Assembly: GCA_016784175.1 (NCBI GenBank)
Contig: JADHVC010000002.1
Location: 330 to 64,329, forward strand
Source: Patescibacteria group bacterium
GTDB lineage: Bacteria > Patescibacteriota > Patescibacteriia > Patescibacteriales > BS150m-G62
DNA length: 64,000 nucleotides
Direction: 5' to 3'
Shown here: in pieces, positions 17,341 through 27,412 of the stretch
Layout of the letters: each line of letters begins with the position of its first letter
Numbering within the stretch: the first letter of the stretch is position 1
Made by a program: the position numbers and the translations under genes
Notes under the pieces: model-generated
What the model saw: only the letters and a program-made list of their open reading frames with translations
What the model was told of the DNA's origin: nothing
Databases searched by the model: none

Positions 17341-20300
17341 CTATCTTTTAGCTCCTGAGTAGGCTATTGCTCGGACTATATCCCAAGCAAGAGCGCTTTT
17401 AGGATTACCTTTGTATATATTCTTGAAACTCTTGATGGCTGCTTTCTCAGAATCTAAGTTGCGATTCGTTGGTCTTAATCCATAAGCTATAATTGTTACA
17501 GCTGCATCATCATGAGGGTTAATTCTATCGGGCACCCTCTTGTAGATAGTCTTGAATTCTTGGATAGCTCTTTCTTCTGAGGCCGCATTTCTTTGGTTTG
17601 TCCACCTACCGTTAGCTATTTTTATTACATCTTCCCAGTCTGTTAGTGTGGTTGGGAGTCTGTCGAATGCAGATTTAAAACTACTTACTGCACCGGCTCT
17701 TTCTCCGGCCCCAAGTTTAAGTGTGGTGAATGTGCCGTAGGTAATGAATTCGTTCATAGCAGTCTTTGATTCATCGCTAACCACTTGTTTCTTAACTAAT
17801 TCGGAAATATACTTGGTATTTGTAAGAGCTTCGCTTTCCAAATTTCTCTTTGTGTTGAATTTCGCAACGAATGCATCAATATTAGCTGCAAATACTTCTT
17901 TAGCTTCGCTAAGAATAGACTTAATTAAGTCAGAGTCAGATGTATTCGCTTGTTCTTGTGATTTGCTTTCTGTTGATGCTGCTTCTGCAACTTTTGCATC
18001 TATTGTTAATCTCGCAAGTGCATTTGCCTTGTCAACGATCGCTTGCCATGCTGGGATTAATCTATTTGTAGTTAATACGGTTGTTGTGCTTAAATTACCA
18101 TTAGCATCATACACTTGATAGGTTGGCGCTACATCTGAAACATAACCTCCTCCCCCTCCTCCTCCACCATTATTCGATGGAGCAACATATATTGCATTGC
18201 AACTATTGCCAGAAAGTTCATAACCATTATCGCAAGTTATTACACATGAATTATTTATACTACCGTTATTAACTGTTTTGTTAGAACAAACTTGAATTTC
18301 AGTCGAGGTAGCAGATTCATTATTCCCAGTATCCAATGCTGTGATCTGATAGTAATATACTGTAAACGCAGCTGTAGTCGCATCGGTGAATGTCGAAGTA
18401 GTAATGTCGATAACATTTACCATGTTTGTTGAACTAGCAGTAAATCCAGTTACTGCATCTCTATAAATATTATATTTTGCTAGATCAGGTTCAGTATTGT
18501 CATCCCAGTTAAGAACTACTGTTGTTCCGGTGCCTGATGTTTGACTTAAATTAGTTGGCGCAATAGGTGCAGTTACATCAGCGCAGAAATTACCATTTTT
18601 CGTAAAGCCTAGATTACAAGTTATTACACAATTATTATCAATACTTCCGTTAGCTACTGTGCTATTTGAACATAGTTGAAGTTCAGTGGCAATGACAGAT
18701 TCGTTACCGCTGTCGTCAGCTGCTGTAACTGTGTAGTAGTAGACTGTGAATGCTGCAGTAGTGGCATCAGTAAAGTTGGATGCTGTAACTTGGCTGCCAT
18801 TTACTTGATTAGCGATGTCAGCTGTGACCCCTGTCGATGTTGCGCGATAGACTTCATACTCTAATAGATCATTTTCAACATTATCTGCCCAATTAATAGT
18901 AACCGAAGTTCCATTGCCAGCTGTTTGACTTAGCCCCGTTGGAGCGTCTGGTGCTGTTGAATCGGTTGGAGTTGTAGCGCCAAAAATTGTTAAGTGATCT
19001 GTGTTAGAGTTTAAGGCGATTTTGTAATCGGCATAAGTATTTGCATTGCCAGCTAGTGCTGTAGCAAAAGCGCTGAAGTCAGTTACCGTTGTCCAATCTG
19101 TATCATTCACATCAGCTTTTGTATACGCAGTTTTCGTAGTGGACATTGCAACCCAGTTACTCAAAGAAGTATCCCAATAAGAGTTAGTAAGTGTAGATAA
19201 CTTTGCATAATTGCTTAACGCTGCGCTTATTTCATCTTTATAATAAACTAATTCAATTTCAATGTCATTACTTAGGTTAGTTATTGCTGCTCCAGACGAA
19301 TCATTAGCAGTAATTTCTTTACCTATTCCACCTAAAGGACTAGCTGTACTTGTTTGTGAAACATTGCTTACTTCTTTCGAGGTTATGCTTCCACTAGTTG
19401 CTTCACTTCCAAGTGCATTCGGCGGAACAATAATTCTTATTCCAGATCCACCTGCGCCACTATTATCTAATGAACCTCCACTTGATGGGGTGATAGATTG
19501 AGCTTTAAGTTTTGTGTCCCAGTTAGCAATCGGCGTTAATCTAATGTTATTACTATTTGAGTCCGAACCACTAATTGTTATTGTCCCGAAAGTTGATTGA
19601 GAATATCCATCGGCGACCGCCTTTAGTCTGTAAGTACTATCTACGACTGGTATAGAAAATGTTCCATCCGACTTGGTTGTAGCACCTATTCTTTTTTTAT
19701 TGATCGTGTCTTCTACCCAAACCCAACCATCTAGAACCTCTTCGCCTGCATCATAGTCGGTGTCGCTATTTAAGTCGTTGTATATAGTTCCAGTGATGCT
19801 TCTATTAGCGCTTACTAACTCATAATCAGCAGCAGTATCAGCACTGATCACGATAGCTGTTGGAGGTTGTGGTATGTAGCCGGTAGCTTCAACGCCTGTT
19901 TTGTAATTACCATTTTTAACTGTGATGGAGTAAGCTCCAGTTGCGTCAGTAGTGTCTCCTAGGTAGTCACCAAGAGCTTCGTTCCCAACCCATACCCATG
20001 CGTTCTCGATTGGACCAGAAGTGTCAGTGATTGTGCCGGTTAGTGTAAATATCTCTGTAGCGCTATCTGGTAAAACGAAAGTAACTGTTGAATCTCCGTT
20101 GAATGTGACTGGGTTTGTAGCTGGCTCAATTGATCCTATGCCAGGAATGTGCATATGGAATAGGTAGGTTCCATTTTTTAATTTGATTGCTGCATTTGAA
20201 GCAAGAGTAGATAGTTTTATGTTTTTATGGAATTCATTTGTAGTGCTATCGATATTAATGATAGCTTCCTGTGAGCTAAGTCCATTCGTGAATGCAAGCG

Positions 20301-23300
20301 TTACAGTATTTAGCGCACCGCTAGCTAAAGTAACATCAACGCCACTTGTATTGGCACTTAAGTTAAGGTTGGCTGGACTAGCTGGATAATCGTCAGCATC
20401 AGTTCTTTCGATTTCACCATAGCTCGCTGTCCATGTATCGATTCTATATATACCAGCTGGTGCTTTTATGGAATACATACCAGAGCTATTCGTTTGACCA
20501 ATATATTCTTCTCCGCTTAATTCGCCTCCTGCAGTATATTTCAATGCTCTAACTGGAGTGTTTGCTTGAACTTCATTATTGACAGTGATAGTTCCGCTAA
20601 TAGTATAGTAAGTTAGTGTTGTATCTGGAGTAATATTTAATGTTTGATTCTCACCATTAATAGTTACAGTTTCAGTTGTCGATAATCCAAACTCTGGAAT
20701 ATTAGCTTCTACGCTCCAAGTGCCGTTATCAACATAAAGAATGTAATTACCACTTGAATCTGTGATAGTTTTTGCCTGTCCTAGCCCATCTTGTTTGGTT
20801 GCCCAAATTGGAGCTAGAATAACCGCGTTAGTACCGTCTGTAACTTTACCAGAAATGGTGTAGCTTGGCTTGATAATTTTAAATATTAATTTATTTGCAG
20901 CCGTAATTAATGCATTATTTTCATAAACATCAGCCGTTGCATTACCATCTACATTGTTAATATCATTAGCTTTAACTTTAACATTTTTGTTAGTCTTGAT
21001 TGGTAAGCCAGCTTTAAATACTCCAACCGAATAATCACCATCGTTAGCTAATTTTAAAATAAATTTACCATCAGTGTCCGTTGTTGTATAAGACCCTTGA
21101 GTTGTCCCGTTTGGTTGATAAGCATTAACCTGAGCGTTGCTTATTCCAACTCCTGCCCCATCAAGTACGAAACCGACAATCTCTTTAGAAGTGCTTGTAA
21201 GTGTAAGATTAAAGCTTTGAGCGCTAGATCCGTCTGACTCTACATTAATTGGACGAGGTGCAACCCAATTAGGCATACTTACTTTTTCGATTGATGTTAT
21301 TTTTTCGCGCGCTGGCAAGACTTGTATTTTCCAAATGCCAGCCTTAAGATATAGCACTTCTGCAATTGCGCCTCCCGTACCAGTTACTTTCTTTGTGATA
21401 TTTAGTTCAGGCGAATTTGCAACGATATCAACATTCTCGCCATTTGGGATGCCTGTAATATTAACGGTAATTGCTGCAACTGAACCTGCATCAGCTCGTT
21501 TGAATGTAATATTCTTTGGGTTTACACCTGCACTAATAGTGATTGGTTCAGGAGCACTTATGCCAATATAATCTGCGTTGCTACTATCAAGAGTGATAGA
21601 TTGATCTGTAAATATTTGATAATTGCTAAGTGGAAGGCTAGAGAAAGAATAATTTCCAGTACCGTCATTAGCTAGACTGACTATAGTTTCCAATGGACCA
21701 GTTGTTGGTGAATCCAAATAAATTTTTATAGTGTCGCTACCGTCAGTGTCGGCAGGATTAATCCCTAAGATATTTCCACTTAAACTAGCACTACCAGCTG
21801 GTTTAATAAAGAAGGGGAGTCCAGCAATCGTTTCGCTCAAGTAACCATTTTCATCTAAGATCTTCATGTCGACAGAATATCCGCCAGTGTCAGGACCTCT
21901 AGGAATAGACGAATTAACAATTCCAGCTAAGTCAAAGTGTAAATAATCCTTAATTGGAGTAGTTCCAGTCACGCCAAGGTCAACCGTAATTATGTTAGCA
22001 CTTGTATCAATCGTAACACCGTCATTATTTGCCCCGCCAGAAGTTTCTGCTTCAGTTGAGAAGCTGACAGTCCCACTATTAACTTCATTTAAGTCATTAT
22101 TTGCAGGTGAATATACATCCTTTTTAGCGTTATTAATATTAAACCCTTTTGGAAAAGTTAATAATATTTTGTAATTGTCTTTAATTTGTTTATTTGTAGG
22201 AAGGTTAACAAAATAAGTTGTAATTTGACTAGCTAGGGCGTTCATAGGGATAGCTCCCGCTTTCATTATTCCCATGTCAGACATAGAGAGAGTTGCTCCT
22301 TCGCCGCTACTATTAGGAACGAGTTCGCCTTTAGTGCTGCTGCTAGACTGGATAGGTGCTTGAAACGAGGTTGTTCCGCTTAATATATTGCCCGAAAGAT
22401 CAGTCGCCCCACTACCATCTACATTAGCGCTTGCCATATCAACATAGATATTTTTACCGCTAACATTTGCAGTCTGTAGTCCCAAATTTTTTATTACAAC
22501 TGTGTTGCTAACTGCATCATAAGTAAAGCTAGAATTAGTAGTGCTAAGGTCAATATTTGTGCCAGATCCGACTACAGTTTCAGCATCACCCCATCTAAGT
22601 TTATAATTTGTTAGGTTAAGCACTGATGATGACCATTTTTGTGTGTTTGCAGCTGTTGATGCATTCATTGGTTCAGAAAATGTAATAGCTACACCGTTGT
22701 CATCTGCATTGCTAAACATTATCTTTGGCGCAATTGTATCTAGCGTAGAGTTTGTTTGAAAGTAAACCACAGTACTGCTAGCTAAATAGTTACCAACCAT
22801 ATCGGCTAGACCATTCGAGCCGCCAATAATTTTTAAAGCATAATTTGCATTTGGGGCCAATACTTGACTTGGAATAAAATTCAATGAATAGGTCTCCGCA
22901 TTGTAGTTAATATTACCACTAATTTGTGATGTTCCTCTTAGTAAAGAAATTGTATTTGAATTAATTGTTGTTGGATTAATGCCTTCTGAAAATTGAAGAA
23001 TCAGTGAACCAGGATTAATCGATATATTTGTAGCGTTGTTGGCTGGCCAAGTGCCAAGAATGGTAGGTCTGGTACTATCAACAACAGAAGTTGTATTTAC
23101 TTTAAAGCGACTTGCAAACACAACGCTATTCGCAGTATTTCTGCTAATATTAGGATCACCCATTGGTATTCCACTAGCGCTTTTTAATGCCCCGGTTGCT
23201 ATTATTTTGTAACTACCTGCTATTAAATTCGAACTTGGTGTAATTGTTATATTTTTCTTTGTGCTATCAATACTAACTGTTGAGCTAACAAGAGTCTCTA

Positions 23301-26046
23301 TTTCGACATTATCACTAATTGTAGTTTTTAAAAGTTTAATATTACCACTTGCAGTGATAGAGCTAGTATCCATAGGATCAGAGAAGCTGATATTTATCTT
23401 TGTATTTGGTGCAATATTAGACATTCCATCGCTAGGAGTCACCCCAATAATTCTAGGTGGTGTCATGTTGCCTTGTCCAAAATTAGTCCACGCATCTTCT
23501 GTACTAAAATCAGCTCCAGTAGTAAATGTAATAGTATAGTTTCCATTCGAATTGTTACCGACTATGCTATTGCCAGACATGTCTCTAATATTGCCACTAA
23601 TTATTAGAGTGTAAGTTTTATTAGCTTCTAAACCTTCACTTGGTACCGTAATAACTCCTAGGTGAGTATTGTGAGAAAATCCATACGCAACATTGTCGTC
23701 ATGATTGTCGCTATGGACAACAGTGTATCCTGCCACTGGATTGTTGATTGGATTAGTTTGATCGGCACTTAATACTACATTGCTCGTTGTAAATAAGGTA
23801 GAATCAATATCTTCGGAAAAAACAACAAATATTTTATAACTACTATCCTTGGGGGGTACGCCGGTTTGGCTATCAGTTGGGAAGGTCGCAACGATTATAG
23901 GTTTAGTGTTATCACCTGTTGATCCACCACCTGTCCCAGTGTAAAGGACTTTGTTTTGACCTGTAATGTTTGAGCTTCCGACAAAAATGTCCGAGATCGA
24001 TTCTTCAAAATAATTATCCTTAGATATCACGAGGTTGTAAGGGCGATTGTTCTTGACATCTAAAGTGTAATTGCCACTTGAATCTGTAGTAGCAGAAGCA
24101 CCAGTGCCCTCTGCAAATACGAGCGCATTAGAAATACCAGCACCTTGTTCGTCTACAATGGTCCCAGATATAGTGCTTGTATCGCCCCAAGCACTCGAGT
24201 CTTCAACTTTAATAACTAAAGGTGATGATTCTGCTTCTTCGTGTGTTATTGCAAGTGGGTCAGCTGAAAGTTGAGTTTCGCCATTGTTAGTTAATACTTG
24301 CAAATGGTAAAGTATTCCGTTTGTGATTGCGTCAGTATCATCGATATGCGCCTGAGGGATTGTGAATTTAAAGTAACCATTCGATTCTCTAGAGCCAATA
24401 ATATGGTAATGTTTTGGGTCCAGATGGTTCATGACTCCTGTGCCGCTGTCGATAGCGTAATGTAATTCTGAGCTAATATTGATGGTCGGTGTTCTTGGAT
24501 CACTAGCTTGGATAAATATATCAAGGTCAGATCCAGCTTTTGCAATGTTTATTGGCATGTGCTTTATCATTGGACCGTTAGCAGCTTGTCCACCATAATT
24601 CGAGAAATTTGGTTGTTCGGTTGGTGATGCAGAGCTTTGCGGGTTAATAGTAGTCCTTTTTACAAAATCAAGTGCATTATTGTCAGCATCCCACCCATTA
24701 CCCATGCTTTCATCTTTCCCACCACTTATCATGTTGACCAATATTGATGTCCCAAAGGCCTTTCTTTCTAGTGATTCATTGTCGCTAAGAGCACTAGCAG
24801 CAAAGCTTTCTGCATACTCTGCAGAACCCCAACCTAGTTTGTCAGCTTCTTTTGTTCCAGTAAATAATCGTATGTGACCACCTTCATCAGTTAAGCCAAT
24901 AACAGACTTGCAGTAATCTAGTGTACTCGCCGGACAAGTCATATCTGCTGCGCCATAAAATTTTGCTGACCCAATTAAGTAGTAGCTATAAGGCTCAATG
25001 TATGTGTTGGCTGGAAGCGTAACCTTTGTACTCCATGACTCAGAGGTGGCAGTACTGTATTGTAACATCCATCCACCTATATTCACCCTTGTACTTCCAG
25101 AGTTATATAGCTCGATGAATTCTGACCAAGCTTCTCCGTTAATTCTTGTAGCTAATTCCGATATCCTTACATTAATCGGATAAGTAATACTTTTTACTGT
25201 CTCTACTCCAAGATTACCAGCGATATCTGTAATATTAGGCGAAATTGTTAGTGTAGTATCTTCGGTTGGAATTACTTTGCTCGATATTATTCTGTAAACA
25301 TTGTCTGAAATTTTGTCAACTTGATGAATAGCTATTTCATTATTAAAGGTATAATTGCTTGCATTTTTAGCTAAAATTTCTTTTACAGCTTCGGAGAATT
25401 TTACATCAACCGATATGGGGTTAACTAAGTTAGCATCTTCTACCGTTGGTTGAATAGAGTCTATAGTTATTGCGCTTGATGTTATTGTAGACAATGGCTC
25501 AGCACCATCATCACTTAAAATTACTCCACCGGGCACTATTGTAACTCTTATTTCGTGGTCAGCAGAGCTAGCTGCTGCTGTTTGAATTGTAAGATAAAAG
25601 GTTTTACTAGTGCCAATCGAAATGGAATTCTTTAAAAAAAGATAAATTTCACTTTCACTGTACCAGTCACTAGATGAATCCAGTATTACTAAGCTATCAT
25701 TCGAGTCAAACCCATTGGCTAAACTTTCAGATTCTTGATAAAGAGAAACGCCACTCAATGAACTGTCGTTAATACTTTTTAAATCTGCTTGCGAAAAGCC
25801 TGTTCCATTAAGTTGAACAATTATATCTGTTAGTTTTCTACCAGGCTTACCCGCTATATCTATTTGAAAAACGGCTCTTGAGCTAGAGTCTTTTTTTATT
25901 TTATTGTTCGTTTGATCAATCAAATCAGTAATAACTACCGATCCATCATTAGCACTCGCCTGCATGGGTGCTAAAAAAATTACTAATAAAAAACACACCA
26001 TTAAGCGTGCGAAATGATACCATGTTCGTTTTGTTTGTTTGATCAT
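17341..26046 (-). CDS. Giant (2901 aa) multidomain secreted surface protein
   Basis: Signal peptide (LMVCFLLVIFLAPMQASA). Lamin-tail-domain-like segment (RISELATRINGEAWSEFIELYNSGSTRVNIGGWMLQY). Several SbsA/Big-like Ig modules (PTILGTWPANNATNISINP...). At least five CarboxypepD_reg-like modules (ISGKVTDGTNA...TDSSGNYILYV). Two FN3 plus 4-Cys modules. A G8 tract. Three C-terminal ~35-40-aa repeats ending AYSGAKR. Confidence 0.85.
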   Translation of the reverse strand: MIKQTKRTWYHFARLMVCFLLVIFLAPMQASANDGSVVITDLIDQTNNKIKKDSSSRAVFQIDIAGKPGRKLTDIIVQLNGTGFSQADLKSINDSSLSGVSLYQESESLANGFDSNDSLVILDSSSDWYSESEIYLFLKNSISIGTSKTFYLTIQTAAASSADHEIRVTIVPGGVILSDDGAEPLSTITSSAITIDSIQPTVEDANLVNPISVDVKFSEAVKEILAKNASNYTFNNEIAIHQVDKISDNVYRIISSKVIPTEDTTLTISPNITDIAGNLGVETVKSITYPINVRISELATRINGEAWSEFIELYNSGSTRVNIGGWMLQYSTATSESWSTKVTLPANTYIEPYSYYLIGSAKFYGAADMTCPASTLDYCKSVIGLTDEGGHIRLFTGTKEADKLGWGSAEYAESFAASALSDNESLERKAFGTSILVNMISGGKDESMGNGWDADNNALDFVKRTTINPQSSASPTEQPNFSNYGGQAANGPMIKHMPINIAKAGSDLDIFIQASDPRTPTINISSELHYAIDSGTGVMNHLDPKHYHIIGSRESNGYFKFTIPQAHIDDTDAITNGILYHLQVLTNNGETQLSADPLAITHEEAESSPLVIKVEDSSAWGDTSTISGTIVDEQGAGISNALVFAEGTGASATTDSSGNYTLDVKNNRPYNLVISKDNYFEESISDIFVGSSNITGQNKVLYTGTGGGSTGDNTKPIIVATFPTDSQTGVPPKDSSYKIFVVFSEDIDSTLFTTSNVVLSADQTNPINNPVAGYTVVHSDNHDDNVAYGFSHNTHLGVITVPSEGLEANKTYTLIISGNIRDMSGNSIVGNNSNGNYTITFTTGADFSTEDAWTNFGQGNMTPPRIIGVTPSDGMSNIAPNTKINISFSDPMDTSSITASGNIKLLKTTISDNVEIETLVSSTVSIDSTKKNITITPSSNLIAGSYKIIATGALKSASGIPMGDPNISRNTANSVVFASRFKVNTTSVVDSTRPTILGTWPANNATNISINPGSLILQFSEGINPTTINSNTISLLRGTSQISGNINYNAETYSLNFIPSQVLAPNANYALKIIGGSNGLADMVGNYLASSTVVYFQTNSTLDTIAPKIMFSNADDNGVAITFSEPMNASTAANTQKWSSSVLNLTNYKLRWGDAETVVGSGTNIDLSTTNSSFTYDAVSNTVVIKNLGLQTANVSGKNIYVDMASANVDGSGATDLSGNILSGTTSFQAPIQSSSSTKGELVPNSSGEGATLSMSDMGIMKAGAIPMNALASQITTYFVNLPTNKQIKDNYKILLTFPKGFNINNAKKDVYSPANNDLNEVNSGTVSFSTEAETSGGANNDGVTIDTSANIITVDLGVTGTTPIKDYLHFDLAGIVNSSIPRGPDTGGYSVDMKILDENGYLSETIAGLPFFIKPAGSASLSGNILGINPADTDGSDTIKIYLDSPTTGPLETIVSLANDGTGNYSFSSLPLSNYQIFTDQSITLDSSNADYIGISAPEPITISAGVNPKNITFKRADAGSVAAITVNITGIPNGENVDIVANSPELNITKKVTGTGGAIAEVLYLKAGIWKIQVLPAREKITSIEKVSMPNWVAPRPINVESDGSSAQSFNLTLTSTSKEIVGFVLDGAGVGISNAQVNAYQPNGTTQGSYTTTDTDGKFILKLANDGDYSVGVFKAGLPIKTNKNVKVKANDINNVDGNATADVYENNALITAANKLIFKIIKPSYTISGKVTDGTNAVILAPIWATKQDGLGQAKTITDSSGNYILYVDNGTWSVEANIPEFGLSTTETVTINGENQTLNITPDTTLTYYTISGTITVNNEVQANTPVRALKYTAGGELSGEEYIGQTNSSGMYSIKAPAGIYRIDTWTASYGEIERTDADDYPASPANLNLSANTSGVDVTLASGALNTVTLAFTNGLSSQEAIINIDSTTNEFHKNIKLSTLASNAAIKLKNGTYLFHMHIPGIGSIEPATNPVTFNGDSTVTFVLPDSATEIFTLTGTITDTSGPIENAWVWVGNEALGDYLGDTTDATGAYSITVKNGNYKTGVEATGYIPQPPTAIVISADTAADYELVSANRSITGTIYNDLNSDTDYDAGEEVLDGWVWVEDTINKKRIGATTKSDGTFSIPVVDSTYRLKAVADGYSQSTFGTITISGSDSNSNNIRLTPIANWDTKLKAQSITPSSGGSLDNSGAGGSGIRIIVPPNALGSEATSGSITSKEVSNVSQTSTASPLGGIGKEITANDSSGAAITNLSNDIEIELVYYKDEISAALSNYAKLSTLTNSYWDTSLSNWVAMSTTKTAYTKADVNDTDWTTVTDFSAFATALAGNANTYADYKIALNSNTDHLTIFGATTPTDSTAPDAPTGLSQTAGNGTSVTINWADNVENDLLEYEVYRATSTGVTADIANQVNGSQVTASNFTDATTAAFTVYYYTVTAADDSGNESVIATELQLCSNSTVANGSIDNNCVITCNLGFTKNGNFCADVTAPIAPTNLSQTSGTGTTVVLNWDDNTEPDLAKYNIYRDAVTGFTASSTNMVNVIDITTSTFTDATTAAFTVYYYQITALDTGNNESATSTEIQVCSNKTVNNGSINNSCVITCDNGYELSGNSCNAIYVAPSNNGGGGGGGGYVSDVAPTYQVYDANGNLSTTTVLTTNRLIPAWQAIVDKANALARLTIDAKVAEAASTESKSQEQANTSDSDLIKSILSEAKEVFAANIDAFVAKFNTKRNLESEALTNTKYISELVKKQVVSDESKTAMNEFITYGTFTTLKLGAGERAGAVSSFKSAFDRLPTTLTDWEDVIKIANGRWTNQRNAASEERAIQEFKTIYKRVPDRINPHDDAAVTIIAYGLRPTNRNLDSEKAAIKSFKNIYKGNPKSALAWDIVRAIAYSGAKR

Positions 26047-26204
26047 AGGAGGCAGCTGGAAACAAAAGATATATCTTATATATGTGCTAATATATCCTTA
26101 CTTCGATTATTTATAAAATAGTATTCAAAAATTGAAAGGTGGAGTTTTCCACATCTGTAATTCTATTATAACAAAAATGCGAGTATTTGCTTAATCGCAT
26201 TAGT

Positions 26205-26270
26205 GTAACTGCCCGCTATATCTGCATTATTTTTGAGCGCATATGGAATATGTAGTAATTTTTAGCAGAT
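26205..26270 (+). mobile_element. Fragment (left ~66 nt) of the foldback element
   Basis: GTAACTGCCCGCTATATCTGCATTATTTTTGAGCGCATATGGAATATGTAGTAATTTTTAGCAGA. It is truncated 4 nt from the stop codon of 26274..27176(-). Confidence 0.85.
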
Positions 26271-26273
26271 TAT

Positions 26274-27176
26274 TTATTCGATGCCTAACTCTATTTTATA
26301 TTTTTTTATCCAATCTGGTAAGTTTATCTTTGGCGTCCAATTTAAAAGTTCGTGCGCTAAAGTATTGTTCGCTAATGTTTCGCGCGGTTCAATTCTAGCT
26401 GGTATGTGAATCGAGTCTCCACCTATCATCAAAGCTACTTCATTAACGCTATAATTCTTTCCTCGTCCAATATTAATCACTTCTCCTCTACCAACATTTT
26501 TACTTTTAGCGGCAAGTATATTGGCCTCTACTACATCGATAACGCTGGTAAAATCTCTTTTTTGTTCACCATCGCCAGTAATTGTTAGGGGTTGACCTTT
26601 TAGTCTTTGGTTTGCAAAAATTCCCATAACTAAACAATAAGCGCCTTCGAGCAACATACGTTGTCCATAAACATTAAAATAGCGTAAAGATACCGTTGGT
26701 AAATTATATAGGTCGCTAAATAAACGACAATAAAGTTCTCCTATATATTTTTGAAGTCCATATGGACTCATAGCCTTGGTTGGCATATTTTCATGCAGTG
26801 GCATTTCGACTTGATCTCCATATGCAGAAGACGATGCACTATATATTACTTTTTTTACTTTTGCATCACGAGCTGCTGTAAGAACGCTAAGAGTTCCATT
26901 TAAATTTATATCATTTGATGCAATGGGATCTTTAATGGAAGGCTCAACTCTTGCGAAAGCAGCAAGGTGAAAAACATAATCGACACCTTCAAATAAAGGT
27001 TTAATTTTAGCAAAATCACGCATATCTAATTTGTAAAATTCAGCTTCTTTGTTAATATTCTCCTCTAATCCTGTCGACAAATTATCAATAATAATTACTT
27101 CATTTCCTTGTTTAATTAATTCATCAGTTAAATTGGAGCCAATAAAACCTGCTCCTCCTGTAATAAGACATTTCAT
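26274..27176 (-). CDS. NAD-dependent sugar epimerase/dehydratase (extended SDR)
   Basis: Rossmann motif ITGGAGFIGSNL. Catalytic S (ASSSAYG). YxxxK (YGLQKYIGE). 300 aa. Confidence 0.85.
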   Translation of the reverse strand: MKCLITGGAGFIGSNLTDELIKQGNEVIIIDNLSTGLEENINKEAEFYKLDMRDFAKIKPLFEGVDYVFHLAAFARVEPSIKDPIASNDINLNGTLSVLTAARDAKVKKVIYSASSSAYGDQVEMPLHENMPTKAMSPYGLQKYIGELYCRLFSDLYNLPTVSLRYFNVYGQRMLLEGAYCLVMGIFANQRLKGQPLTITGDGEQKRDFTSVIDVVEANILAAKSKNVGRGEVINIGRGKNYSVNEVALMIGGDSIHIPARIEPRETLANNTLAHELLNWTPKINLPDWIKKYKIELGIE

Positions 27177-27207
27177 AAATTTAAATTTAATTATAAGTAA
27201 TATTAAG

Positions 27208-27396
27208 GTAACCGCTCACTGTGTCTGCATTATTTTTAAGCGCATATGGAATATGTAGTAATTTTTAGCAGAACTTAACTTAAAAAATTTTATGTTTGAG
27301 TGAAGCAAGTTTAAAATTTTTGTTAAATTGTGTGTAAAAAATTGCACAATATTCCATCCTAAGCGAAAAAGTGATGTAGATATAGTGAGCAGTTAG
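27208..27396 (+). mobile_element. Foldback MITE-like element, full copy (189 bp)
   Basis: GTAACCGCTCACTGTGTCTGCAT...ATGTAGATATAGTGAGCAGTTAG. No clear flanking direct repeat. Confidence 0.85.
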
Positions 27397-27412
27397 TGTT
27401 ATTTTTATATTA

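Noticed and set aside
17552-25183. About a dozen 60-124-aa plus-strand ORFs inside the giant gene region (for example 17744..18118 and 23261..23539).
   Set aside because: All lie antisense to one continuous 8.7-kb ORF with coherent domain content. They have low-complexity S/L/V/A-rich translations typical of shadow frames, and no starts with any initiation signal.
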